A stretch of 53,010 nt of DNA from positions 135,418 to 188,427 of the forward strand of contig NW_018405052.1 of assembly GCF_002113885.1 (NCBI RefSeq). The letters are read 5' to 3'. Origin of the DNA: Mizuhopecten yessoensis. Taxonomy: Eukaryota. Positions 1-12,172 of the stretch are shown piece by piece (position 1 is the stretch's first letter; the number at the start of each line of letters is the position of its first letter). The notes beneath the pieces were generated by a model. That model searched no databases. It saw only the letters and a list, made by a program, of their open reading frames with translations, and was not told the origin of the DNA. Both the position numbers and the translations under genes were made by a program.

Positions 1-272
1 GATATGTGGTGTTCAATTTTAAGTAAAAGAGGTTGTATTCCTGAGTGATGTGTTTGTGGTACATTTTCAATGTTGATATTGGACATTTTTATTTAGACAG
101 GAAAAGGGATTATATATTACGCTACATTAATTGATTAAAAGGGATGGTATAACAATATGCAAATTAGAACTGCAATAAACATGATAAAATATCAACAATA
201 ACTATAGCTGTGATTCTGGTCATATTTAGAAGTTAGAGCACTTGGATTTAATCTGATATGGACAGATATAAA

Positions 273-2072
273 ACAAGAGTACCGCGGGACGGAACAATAT
301 ACGCCCGTCGAATGCCATATAGTGTTATATACTTTCTTACATTGAAATAAGATCTGACATTCAAAGAGTGGTTTGCTGACATGCTATAACAAGAGGCCTA
401 TGGGCCTTAACGGTCAACTAGAGTTGATTTTGTTTTTAACATGAACAGAAATATTATTCAAAGTGACAAAAAACAATAAAACCACCTTATTCAATATCTA
501 GCATACAGATTTAAGACTTAAAAGTATTTGAAACTAGCACCTCTGATTCTAAACAAGGAAANNNNNNNNNNNNNNNNNNNNNNNNNNNNNNNNNNNNNNN
601 NNNNNNNNNNNNNNNNNNNNNNNNNNNNNNNNNNNNNNNNNNNNNNNNNNNNNNNNNNNNNNNNNNNNNNNNNNNNNNNNNNNNNNNNNNNNNNNNNNNN
701 NNNNNNNNNNNNNNNNNNNNNNNNNNNNNNNNNNNNNNNNNNNNNNNNNNNNNNNNNNNNNNNNNNNNNNNNNNNNNNNNNNNNNNNNNNNNNNNNNNNN
801 NNNNNNNNNNNNNNNNNNNNNNNNNNNNNNNNNNNNNNNNNNNNNNNNNNNNNNNNNNNNNNNNNNNNNNNNNNNNNNNNNNNNNNNNNNNNNNNNNNNN
901 NNNNNNNNNNNNNNNNNNNNNNNNNNNNNNNNNNNNNNNNNNNNNNNNNNNNNNNNNNNNNNNNNNNNNNNNNNNNNNNNNNNNNNNNNNNNNNNNNNNN
1001 NNNNNNNNNNNNNNNNNNNNNNNNNNNNNNNNNNNNNNNNNNNNNNNNNNNNNNTGCTACCTAATACTGATAATGCTAACCCAAATTGAATTACTTCCAA
1101 TGGAAATTAAACAAATGTTGGTCCAAAATGTGATTTCCCTATATAAACTATAGTAAAGTTTACCCCCTCCCCAGGGGGAAACGTGAGACCCCAGGGTCAA
1201 GAAATTCACAATTTTGGTAAAGCACCTTAAGACCCTTCCATCTATGAAGAGTTCTTGATTCTACCATATCTGGGTCTTGAGAAGAAGATTTTTGAAATTT
1301 TAGTCAATTTGACCCTTTTTGGCCCCGCCCCTCAGGCCCCTGGGGGCTTGGGACTGAACCGGACACTACTTTTGTTGACCTTTGTCCATGGAAGGTTCGT
1401 GCAAAATTTCATTGAAATTGGTTCAGGGGTTTTGGAGAAGAAGTCAAAATGTAAATTGTTTACGGACGGACGACGTACGATGACGGACAAAAGGCGATCG
1501 CAGTAGGTCACTTGAGACTTTGTCTCAGGTGACCTAAAAATGTAGGAGAAAATCTCCAGATAAAAAAATCAAATACTGAAATGAACACAGAGCAATAACT
1601 TTTGCAAAAATCTTTGAATCAAAATTCTTTTCAAGGAAACACAACAACATATCATGATTATTTAGCCTAATAAGTTTCATAGAAATCTGTCAAAAAATGT
1701 AGGAGAAGATCTCCGGACAAAATGTCAAATACTGAAATAAACAAAGGGCAATAGTTTTTGCAAAAATTGTCGAATCAAAATTCTTTTCAAGGAAACACAA
1801 CAACATATCATGATTATTGAGCCTACTAAGTTTCAGAGAGATTCATTGAAAAATGTAGGAGGAGATTGCTGGACAAAAATCAAATACTGAAATGAACAAA
1901 GGGCAATACCTTTTGGAAAAATTGTTAAATCAAAATTCTTTTAAGGGAGACACAACTTCATATCATGATTACAATGTATACCAAGTTTCAAAGAGATCGG
2001 TCGAAAAATGTAGGAGGAGACTGCCGGACAAACAAAAGTTTACGCCGGCCGGCCGGTGGACAACGCCATCAT
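273..2072 (-). mobile_element. Helentron-type non-autonomous element (~156 bp array) with a second HINE (389-1540) nested inside
   Basis: ACAAGAG-hairpin ends at 273 and 389. The guest ends with (GACG)n plus AGGTCACTTGAG..CTCAGGTGACCTAAAA. Host units (AAAATGTAGGAG) at about 1537, 1693, 1850 and 2005. Confidence 0.7.
562..1054. other. Assembly gap
   Basis: Run of N. Confidence 1.
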
Positions 2073-2498
2073 AAAATTTGAAAAACACTGCTGCAACTTA
2101 GAATACAATTGTCACTATTGATTCCCATTACATAAAATTACAAACAAATTATTTCATTTACGTATTTGATCAACTAAAAAATAAAAACCAAATATTTCTA
2201 TGCATCATCAGGACTTAAAAGGTTACTTGATAGAGTGACAGCTACATCGTATAATCCTGTTGATCTGATGGTTGGATGTACAGACCTTAAATGACCTACG
2301 CTGTCATGGGACGTTAAACAAAATTAAATCAATTATATCAAACCATATAAAAAATATCAAAGAATGTTTCTCACATGAATCAGAAGTTGGTCAGATCCAA
2401 CTGAAACTGAAATATTGCAAAAATATTCTTCCTCCAATTGTATTTGTAGTTGCAATTGATGTGTGTAAGTAGAACAAATATGAAATAACAACCTATAC

Positions 2499-5400
2499 CT
2501 TTTAACCAGCCACTTTAGAACTTCGGCGACAAGAGGAAAGTTTGGTGTCCGAAAATTTTCCATGGATATTAATCTTGGATATCCTAGAGCTCTGGTCATC
2601 TCTGTAAAATCTGTTACAAGAAAATATACATTGTAAGCAGTCAACTCTGTCAAACTGTATGGAAATACACATATTGTTGCCACTCAACTCTTTTTAGTGT
2701 TTCAGAATTGATTGAAATTTTAAGATCAATAATTGCTTACCATCAACCGATGATTGTGAAATTCATTTGAGTCACTCACACAAATAAACAAGAAGGCCTG
2801 TATTGCTCACCTGGGTCTTGATGCCCACCAATGCTACAAATGGCCATGGGTTGGGTATTTCAACCATTTCAAAGCTATGACCTAAAAATTAAGTCCCTAG
2901 GGGTGGAGCCAGATCCCAGGATCAATTCTAATTTATGGCTATGTTTTATCTCTTTATGCATATCAAATGCATAAGGTGACAGTACCCAAATTGGATCACC
3001 AAACCATCATTTTTTTAAATCATTGAAAAATCTGAGGAGGAATTCATTTATGGTTGTATCAAAGAAAGAATATCGATGGGTGTTGTTAAAAACGAAATTA
3101 GCACCCGGGGCTCACTTGAAATATTTATCGAACGCTCTGAAGTCAGGGGCTCACTTGAGATATTTATAGAACGCTCTGAAGTCACAAATCAGCACTTCCG
3201 GTTTTGCGAATGTCGGGACCCAAAATGGATCAAGGCTTGAATTTTGCAGTATTGTATGCTTCAAATGAATATTTTTTTGTCAGCATATTAACATTTTATG
3301 ATGACCTTTAGAATTTATATGACAAAAAGTATCAAGTTATGACCCGAAAATGAGGTCCCTATGGGTGGGGCCAGACCGGTTCCGGGTTTTTTCGCCCCAA
3401 ATCATGTTCGCCCTAGGTTGTTTCACGCTAGGTTGTTTGGTATTTTCTTTTCATTTTTATTTGTTTTAAGTCACAAATTAGATCTTCTTATTCTTCCATA
3501 TCATTAAAATCACAGTTTTATTAAAAAAAAACGACTTTGTGTTGTTTTTAAGTACCTAGTAAAGCAAAAAAACGGAATAAGTTATTTTCTTCACGCTGAC
3601 ACACATTATAATGTCAGTGAAGGCAAATTCGTCACATTAGTAAGGGTTTCAGTTAATAATTCGATCAAATACGCATGTATCAAAATGGCAATGAGCACCA
3701 GTACAGGAGAAGATTTGACTGAAATTCCTATAAATAAACATTGTTGTAAAAACTCCTGAATGGTTTTCCACAAAGGTGCAGGCAGTTTCGCCACCTTCAT
3801 ATATTTCACTAATTTGCAAGTAATGTAAGTGTTTAAAAATAAAATTTTGTATGTTTACGTTACACAAGTCGTACTGATATGAACAGCTTCAAATGTGTGT
3901 GTGTAGCGATGATTTATATTGAAATAAATGGATTTTCTTGGCTGTGATAGTTAATTTTCGATAACTTGATGAAACTAGTTAATGCTGAGTAAGATGGCTG
4001 ATTGGCTGAGATGAGGTCGATTTACATGCATCGCAATAAAGACTCAATCCTGAACAAATCTTAACTTCCAAATCGGTGCCCAAAATAATAATTTTTCAGT
4101 TGGGTCCACCGGGATGAGAGGCTCCAGGGTTTTCAAAGTCGCCCCCCCCCCCCCCCCCCCCCCCGTCTTTCTNNNNNNNNNNNNNNNNNNNNNNNNNNNN
4201 NNNNNNNNNNNNNNNNNNNNNNNNNNNNNNNNNNNNNNNNNNNNNNNNNNNNNNNNNNNNNNAAATCTATGTACCTGGGGAATTATTTACATTTCGTATA
4301 CGTCTCTAAAGGCAGTATTAATTTATTTTCATTCTTATACGTAATTTGTACCTAATCTATGTCTATTTCGTATACATATCTATGTACTTAGAGAAATTAA
4401 TTTAGTTTCATTATATGTCCATATCTTATCTATATATATTATAAGTATTGTACTTAGAGAAATCAATTTAGTTTGGGTAAACCATGCATGTTTTCGGTTG
4501 TAATGAGTTAACAGCTCTTATGTTGCTGTTTAATGTTTATATCAAGTGTCATCACATAATAATTAGCAACAAGCCCCCACTGGATGTGGGATCACTGATT
4601 TAATTGCTTGACAGTTCACACATCGGTTAGCAAGTCACCAAGCCATGCACTGCTTAATTGGCCGGCCGGGGCGTTCCAAACTTTCACACCTATGCTGCTA
4701 ATTGGCCTAGTCTGTCATTTAAGTGGCTGGCATGTGACTTCAGACCTCTTGGTGACCTAGGTCAGTGTGAATCCATGTAGCTATTGTTTATTCACTAAGA
4801 TTGACCTTTTTTTTTTTTCTTGAGACCAATTGAAATTCCTGAGAAATGTGTCTCACGCCGTGAGGATTTTTTGGAAGCAATGTTTGTGAGTCTCACGCCA
4901 AAATCGTTAGATATGGCATGTATGTTTTCATTATATGTCCATATAGTCAAATATGTTTGATATAAAGTGGCTGACGTGACAGGGTGCTTTTTAATTGTTT
5001 ATATTATAGAAGTTGTACAAGTATAACTATTTTACATTTTTAATGTTAAAACATGAACAGGTGCATTTTATAAAGAACAACATTACTTAATTAAGGTAAT
5101 GAAATGAAAATATGCAGTACATTCCGGATATTAGTATGTCCGTTGTCGGCTTCGGTGATGAATATACAGGTTCGTTTTTTATCTTCCGGCACGTAATTAT
5201 ATCTTGATTCACGAGAAAGATAAGTTTGTTAACTTTTAACATGATATTTATGACTTACGAAAACATTTTTTAAGGGCGAAACAACCTAGGGCGAACGGGA
5301 TTTGGGGCGAAACAACCCTTAGGGCGAACAGGATTTGGGGCGAAACAACCTGCTAAATCTCTAGCGATAGGACCAGACCTCAGTATCAATCTAAATACAT

Positions 5401-5784
5401 GTATAGTCAAATCTGCCTATATATATACAGATTTCCCGGTGCTCCAGAACCTGTCTTTAAAAAATCCTAACCGAAACAGAATATGTACGTTTTTTTGAGA
5501 TTTTGTGAAAACAAATCATTTTTGAAGTTGTCCTGTTAGAACAGAAATTTACATGATACAAATCTAAATACTTATAATCAGTGATTGCATAGGTTCAACA
5601 TATTTAGGCCCATATAAATGCAACTCACAACCGAACATTATTGACAGCAGACAGGAACTCCCGCAGTAACCAATACATGGAAACTTTTCTACCACTTTTG
5701 TAAATATAAGAGGAATAGTTTGAACAAATAGTGACAGTTTTGGCATCTAATTGAACACTTACTTCTCAAGTCTTTAAACGACAT
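2499..5784 (-). CDS. CLUAP1: Clusterin-associated protein 1 / IFT38, first two coding exons (rest of gene lies left of the window or in the gap)
   Basis: Exon 1 5784-5763 (ATG TCG TTT AAA GAC TTG AGA A|GTAAGT) joins in frame to exon 2 2610-2499 (cag|AT TTT ACA GAG...AAA AG|GTATAG). The product is [45 protein letters not shown], the conserved CLUAP1 N-terminus. Confidence 0.93.
3107..3184. repeat. 39-bp tandem duplication
   Basis: GGGGCTCACTTGAAATATTTATCGAACGCTCTGAAGTCA twice, with 2 mismatches. Confidence 0.9.
3383..5352. mobile_element. ~2 kb non-autonomous DNA transposon with repeat-built TIRs in CLUAP1 intron 1 (contains an assembly gap)
   Basis: Left GGTTTTTTCGCCCCAAATCATGTTCGCCCTAGGTTGTTTC is the reverse complement of the reiterated right GGGCGAACAGGATTTGGGGCGAAACAACC. 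Confidence 0.7.
4173..4262. other. Assembly gap after a poly-C tract
   Basis: Run of N. Confidence 1.
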
Positions 5785-6323
5785 GACTGCGTGATGTTTT
5801 TGAACTGCAGCTAAATTTTTCAGGTTGCGAAGAAAGCTATTCGTCAAATATTTTCAACTCGCGCACCTGCTACTTCCTGTTTACAATCGTACCAGGGGAG
5901 ATAAAAACTGTTGATGCAAACAACAAGGAAGCACACCAATAAAATTATTAAGCGTTTATTTTCGACTTCAGGATCCATTTGGCTCCTCTATATACCGGAC
6001 ATACTCGAATACGATATCTTTGTTGATTTATTGAACATATAAATATGTATGTGCTATGTGTTGTAGAGATATTTTCTAGTCGGTTGAAAAGGATTGCCTT
6101 ATCCTGTACAGTCGACTGGAAACGAAATATTATAAATTCATCTACAAATTTAGATCCAACCATTAAACATTATGTAGCTTTGATGCATACAGTCAAAATA
6201 TCTTTTAATATCAATTAATATAGATAAAAAGCAAATGCCTCAGAACTGGGAAAATATCTCGAATGTTTTTGGTAATGTAAACTTCTTTTAAACATCCTTT
6301 CTGTCTTTTTTTTTCTATCCTTT

Positions 6324-6386
6324 ATGCTAAAACAAAAAATTGATAGGAAATCTTTAGAATTATTATATCTCTCCTTTATTCGTCCA
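6324..6386 (+). mobile_element. Short decayed CR1/L2-type LINE ORF2 remnant, followed by a CAGTGGCGGATCCAG-type MITE fragment
   Basis: The peptide LKQKIDRKSLELLYLSFIRP resembles the post-RT region of CR1/L2 LINEs. Recognised from memory; the match is short. Confidence 0.45.
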
Positions 6387-7070
6387 GTGGCGGATCCAGA
6401 GTTTTTTGGGGGGCTTCAGGAAACCCCTCCCAGCCTGAGAATTTTCTTTAAAAATCATGTATTTTCACCATTTTCCTCAATTTCCCCCCACATGGAACCC
6501 CCCTGGAAATTTGGACCCCCCCNGCTTCTTGTCAATTAATACCGGATAGGAGAAAGCCTGTTGTCTTATCCAATTGTGTAATTTTTTGTCCAATAAAATT
6601 TGTTGAAACGAATCCTTTTTGTCTCCTGAATGACTTTGTCCTTGTTTTTATATATATTCATATTGTTATGCAAGGCAAATTCAGTCTAAACTACAGCAAT
6701 TTGTTCATTTTGATAAAATGTCACTATATCACAGCCAAGCCCGTGCGTTGCACCTTATCATATACTGTAAAAACATTTAAATTTGTTGTTGCTTTTATAA
6801 GAGTAACTAAAAGAGATATTTTCACATTGTGATAGATACCGCTTTTGCTGTCTCTCACTGTGTAAAAGACATTAGTTCTGTCTCACGACTTAAATAGATT
6901 GTATAAGGTTTTTAGTCCTAATTGGAAAAATGTTTCCTCTGGAAAATTGATATATAACATGGTAAAAGAAAACCCATTAAGGTATTAATTCGAACGCGCC
7001 GCTTGTTATATTTTTGTAACCATTCATGTCATTGGATAATGTAAACCAGTGTTTGATTCGTTGTAAAGTC

Positions 7071-7177
7071 TATAAAACCCGGGAAAACGGCTTCTACATT
7101 CTTCTTGCTTCATGGTGCAGAGGAGAGCTCAGACACACACCGGCCGGGAACACAAAGCCGTTTATCACACTGTAAGT
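7071..7177 (+). promoter_or_regulatory. Candidate TATA promoter and distal first exon of SHMT
   Basis: TATAAAA at 7071-7077, an initiator-like CTACATTC about 25 nt downstream, a locally GC-richer segment, then a strong donor CT|GTAAGT at 7171/7172. SHMT is the only downstream + strand gene nearby. The assignment is inferred. Confidence 0.5.
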
Positions 7178-7917
7178 TTATTTTGTTGACATTAATTTAA
7201 TGTCGCGTAATCTTGTTTTAGCTTAATATGATAATGAGAGGAGTAAATTAACTTGACAATGATTTTGATGCGCTTTTTAGGCTTAGTAAACAACATCATC
7301 TACCCATGCAGTGTTGTACGAACACAAAATAAGTCGCACGATTTTATATAACTTATATATGACTTCATAAAGATGTTACATAAAACTTACATTTTTTTTA
7401 AGGTACTGTACAGCTGTATAAGGATAGTCTTACATGTGACACACCCCTATTACTTACAACAGAGATACAATTAAAGACACGTGAAGAATACTATTACTGC
7501 TTTTGTAATTTGATTTTTTTCTTTAAATGATATTTTGTATTTCAACACTTAATTACATAATATACAGATATGATTTAAGGTAATAGGTTTATGTCACCAT
7601 CTCTCAGTAGATTTTGTAGTTATATTGCTTTGAAGTTAAGAAAATTTTCTGCCACAAAAAAGTTTAGGTTCTCAGAATTTTAAAGATTTTAAATGGAAAT
7701 AAATGTAAAAAGGAGTGAATTTTGAAGAAAAAAAATGAAAGACACAATTTTTTGCAATATAATGTCAATAAAAATGAAACTGCCATAGATTAGTTTTGCA
7801 TTAAGGTATATCAATTTAATAAATGCTGAAATTGAGTAAAATAAATGATCTATGAACAATTAAAAATTGACATTTTATGATATAAACATATATATACACA
7901 TAATAATTGTATGTAAG

Positions 7918-8352
7918 CAGGTCCAGTACACTGCCGATTGAGCTATGATGACCTATATATATAGCTATATTCGCCTATAAGTTATAGCTGTATTGAGCTA
8001 TATTTTGTAAGATTTCAATTTTCATTAAATTAAAGCAAAGTCGCATAAAACAATAGGGTTTATGGTAATGTTGACTACAAAAAGCATACATTTAGATGCA
8101 TATTTTCATTTTTTATAAATGTAAAATTTCCGATTTTTTTACATCATTATATTTTAAAAAGAATACTTATATTTAATGTCTTTTGTTATCAACCTAATGA
8201 TAAAATCTTCTTTTAAAAGCGACTTTGTTTCGTTTTCCCTAAAGAAGACAATCACATGAAAATAGCTCAAAAGACCTATTTCAGATAGGTCATTAGAGCT
8301 ATTATAGGTCTTTACAGCTATATAGCTCAATCGGCAGAGTGTACTGGACCTG
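7918..8352. mobile_element. MITE with ~30 bp TIRs and 5-bp TSD
   Basis: CAGGTCCAGTACACTGCCGATTGAGCTAT ... ATAGCTCAATCGGCAGAGTGTACTGGACCTG, with GTAAG directly flanking both ends (7913-7917 and 8353-8357). Confidence 0.88.
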
Positions 8353-8929
8353 GTAAGAGTTATCTTTCTTGAAAAACTTCACAGTAGTGAAAAAAGGTAG
8401 CCAGTTTCCTGAAGTACAGAAGAAAGGACACATGCATGTGACTCATTGATAAAAAACAACTGAATTAATGACGGGATTGCTTTGAAATACTTTAATATTG
8501 AGAGAACACACTGTTCTGTCAATAATAAACATACATTAATCATCAGTTTAAGATTAAACATTAAAATATGCGGAAATTGTGATACTGTCTCCCTACATTG
8601 GATTTTCAACTTGGGATGTACTTCCTATTTCTGTTTATCAATACACTCATTCGACCTTAAGGTATTGTACAGTGCTATATGATTATAAGATTTGTTTTAC
8701 ATAACATAATTACTTATATATAAAAGATAGCTGTAAATTTGATTTACTAATACGTCATGAACATGATATACAACTGTCAGTGCCTCTGAAAAGGGAGCCA
8801 GGCATTTTTTTTTTTATATAAAAACAAGTTTAAAAAGTTTTAAAAACTTATTACAATAGTTGAAATAAGATTACTTCCATGTGTCATTAATAGCAATCAA
8901 AGCTGTAAAACAATGAGTGGTTTATCAGG

Positions 8930-10418
8930 GTTCGACGATTTACAGGAACAGGCAGAAATATATTAATTATTATATTTAGATATATAAATAAATATATATA
9001 TTAGATATATTTAATTATCATTATCGGGTATAAGATATATTTGATAAAAGGATTGCAATTACATGATCGGTGCAGAATCGGACTAAATTATATATATAAT
9101 TCTATGTCGTTATTACATATGAGACCTATATTTGTAGTATTAAATCTTTTTTATCAGGTATAAGATATGTATATTAGATATATTTAAGTATCGTTATCGG
9201 GTATAAGATATATTTGATGAAAGAATTGCAACTAATTAAGCGTATTGTATAGATATGGATCGGGCAGGAAAGGGTGATGATTTACAGGTTCGGATTAATT
9301 ATATATGTATATTATATATATACTGGCGGAAAAATAGGAACTGTGTATGCAACGTCCTGCAATCCGCCTAGTTCTTCTGCCACGTCATCGTGTAGCACGT
9401 CTGGACTGGTGCAGAAGGCATCTGTGATTTACTCGACAGGATTGGACAGGCATTTTGTTTACGGACGAGTCGCGAGTCCACCTGGATAGTAGTGACGGCC
9501 GTTCCAGAGTGTATCGTCGCATTGGAGAACGTTTCCGCAACGCGTGTATGGTACAACGACGTTCTTTCGGCGGAGGCAGCGTTATAATTTGGGGCGGCAT
9601 CACAGCCAACGGGAGAATGCGCTACGTTACCGTGACAAGATCCTCCGGACCAAGGGCAGCAACGTAACATTAGCTAGGCCACACACAGCTCATGTCGCTA
9701 TGGACTATCTGGCCCAGCAGAACGTTGACATGTTACCCTGGCCTGCTGTATCCCCCGATCTGTCGCCCATTGAACACCCCTGGGATGAAATGAAGCGCAG
9801 ATTACGGGCATTACCTAATCACCCGATGATGTTGGCTGATTTGCCTGCAGCGTTGGTACAGATCTGGAATGCCATCCCACAAGCATTCTTGAACCTTCTG
9901 ATATTCTCCATGCATCGACGTTACCAGGCTTGCATTCAGGCAAACAGTGGACATACAAGGTATTAACTTTGTGAACTCAGTATTGACCCCTGCTGTGTTT
10001 CCGTCAGTCCTTGTTGTTCTACGTCATACACATTTATTTTTATAACATATTTTATGCATGCACAGTTTCTTTTTTTTCCGCTAGTATATTTAATTATCAT
10101 AAGCTTATCGGGTATAAAATATATTTGATTAAAGAAATTGCAATTAAAGGATCGGGGCAGGATCAGACTTAATTATATTTATATATATATATATATTATG
10201 TATATTTAATTATCCTTATCGGGTTTACAATATACTTGATTAAAGAATTGCAATAGCAGGAACGGTGCAGGATCAGAGACTAAATTATATATAGACGTTT
10301 TTCACAATAATTTATATGTTCATATCATAAGCTTATCGGGTATAAGATATATTTGATTAAAGAATCGCAATTAAAGGAACGGGGCAGGATCGGACTAAAT
10401 TATATATATATATATAGC
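8930..10418. repeat. AT-rich tandem array (~110-125 bp unit with (TA)n), split by the Tc1 at 9323-10084
   Basis: TTATCGGGTATAAGATATATTTGAT..AATTGCAA...GCAGGATC recurs at about 9021, 9195, 10106, 10217 and 10334. Confidence 0.8.
9323..10084 (+). mobile_element. Internally deleted Tc1/mariner transposon
   Basis: TIRs CTGGCGGAAAAATAGGAACTGTG / CACAGTTTCTTTTTTTTCCGCTAG with TA flanks. Frameshifted DDE-domain remnants FTDESR, FGGGSVIIWGGI, ARPH, WPAVSPDLSPIEH and GHTRY*. The N-terminal HTH region is deleted. Confidence 0.9.
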
Positions 10419-10682
10419 TAGACAAAGTTTGAGAATGAAAATGACCTTGACCTGCTTTCAAGGTCACAGGGGTCAAATATGTCAAACTCTTTAAATGACT
10501 TCTCCTGAAGAACCAAATGGTATAGAATCTTTATATTTGGGTGGTGGCTTTTTGGGATAGAGCCTGACAAAGTTTGAGAATGAAAATGACCTTGACTGGA
10601 TTACATGGTCACAGTAGTCAAATATGTCAAACTCTTTAAACGACTTCTTCTGAAGAACCAAAAGGTATAGAATCTTTATATA

Positions 10683-12172
10683 CTAAAAAAAATGAAACGC
10701 ACAATTAAATTATGCAATCAATAGCCTATGATAGTTTGGGAAATTTGTACAAAATTGTATATCAATATGAAGGGAAAAGTCTACTCTTTACAATACTGTA
10801 GGAGAAAAGTCTGTGCGACATCACTCGTGTCATCAGTAGTTACTCAAAGTGGGATACCTGCGAAAAACAAAATGACACTTCAGTACCTGGTGTGGGCACC
10901 TTTTGCACGAATCCCTGCACGGATTCTCCTATGCATTGAATTCATGAGAACATTTATTCGTTTTAAGGGGATGTTGTTCCATTCTTGCGTTAATGCTGCG
11001 ATCAACTGGGCGCGGTTAGTTGGGGGGTTTTGACGTTTCCTAATACGCCTGTCCAGCTCATCACACAGATGCTCAATTGGAGACATGCCCGGGCTATATG
11101 GGGGCCATTCCAGAGGCTGAACGTTGTTTGCCGTGAGAAAATCATGACAGACTCTGGCATCATGCGGTCGAGTATGTCTTGCTGGAAAATTAGGTTATGA
11201 CATCTGAGAAGTGGAAGGACATGTGGTTGGAGGATTTAGTCTCTGTATCGAACGGCATTGAGGTTTTGATCCAGGACCACTATTTACTAAGAGGGATTTT
11301 ACTCCATGGGAGATGCCTCCCCAAACCATTACAGAAGACCCACCAAATCTATCGCGTTCAACCACGCATATATACCGATATACCCTTTTTCTTCCGTCTG
11401 AGCAATACCGACAAAATCTAGACTCGTCGGTGAACATCACTCGCCTCCATCGACCCATCCCATACCTATTCGGGCCATGTCTGCGCATCCAGTCAAGACG
11501 CACTTGCCGCCTCTGTGGTGTCGGAGCTGGCCCGACATGAGGTCCGTGCGCAATGATTCTCTCGGCACGCAAGCGGTTCCTGGCAGTTTGAGGACTAATG
11601 GATCTGCCTTGAGTACTTAAGGTATGAGACACAGTCTCTACAGCAGTCTTGAATCTGTTGTGCAAGTGCGACAATCAAATCGCCCTGTCTTGTCGTGCGG
11701 TCGTTACACGCGGACGACCGCTCCTGGGACGATCGGAAACTAACCCAGTAGCACAGAAACGAGACAGTTAATTGTACACGGGCCAACACCAAACTGCCGC
11801 GCAACAGCCGTTTGGCTATGACCATCCATTAACATCGCAATTGCTCTACCCCTCTTAATTTGCGTTAAGCATGGCATCTCGGTCCATGGCGAAATCAAAA
11901 TGCCAACGTGTAAAATTAATGTGGCCGAACTTAGAGTATCCGTTGAGATTATTTGTTTGAAAAACCCCGGCTTGGCTTGATCACGCCGCATGATTTGGAC
12001 TAAAGAAGCTCACAAAGTCACACAATGACATCGTCACGCTTGGCTGATTTTAGGGTAGATTGTTGAGAAGGGAGATCGTTCCTGATGTAATACCTGACCA
12101 AATATTCCATTATTTCTTTACAGCTAAGGTGTACTGCAGGGGGGAACTTTGTGCGTTTCTGTTTTTGCTCAG
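10683..12172 (-). mobile_element. Near full-length decayed Tc1/mariner transposon
   Basis: TIRs (AAAAATGAAACGCACAA / TTGTGCGTTTCTGTTTTTG) with TA flanks. The element interrupts one array unit of a host repeat (empty site aatctttatatttgg near 10526). Confidence 0.9.
10880..11877 (-). pseudogene. Tc1-type transposase pseudogene
   Basis: Fragments spread over several frames: MPCLTQIKRGRAIAML..SQTAVARQFGV (HTH), VMFTDESRF, VMVWGGI, DMSPIEH and GAHTRY*. Confidence 0.88.

Noticed and set aside
528-1100. 178 and 183 aa ORFs in the track
   Set aside because: Artefacts of the N gap.
2240-2330. Possible SINE 3' tail (GGGACGTTAAACAAAAT)
   Set aside because: No head or core is visible; too short to support.
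3606-3867. Short ORFs inside the TIR element as a transposase remnant
   Set aside because: No catalytic motif is recognisable; any resemblance is too vague.
5824-5837. Possible RFX X-box (GTTGCGAAGAAAGC) upstream of ciliary gene CLUAP1
   Set aside because: The right half-site does not match RGYAAC/GAAAC; too degenerate to call.
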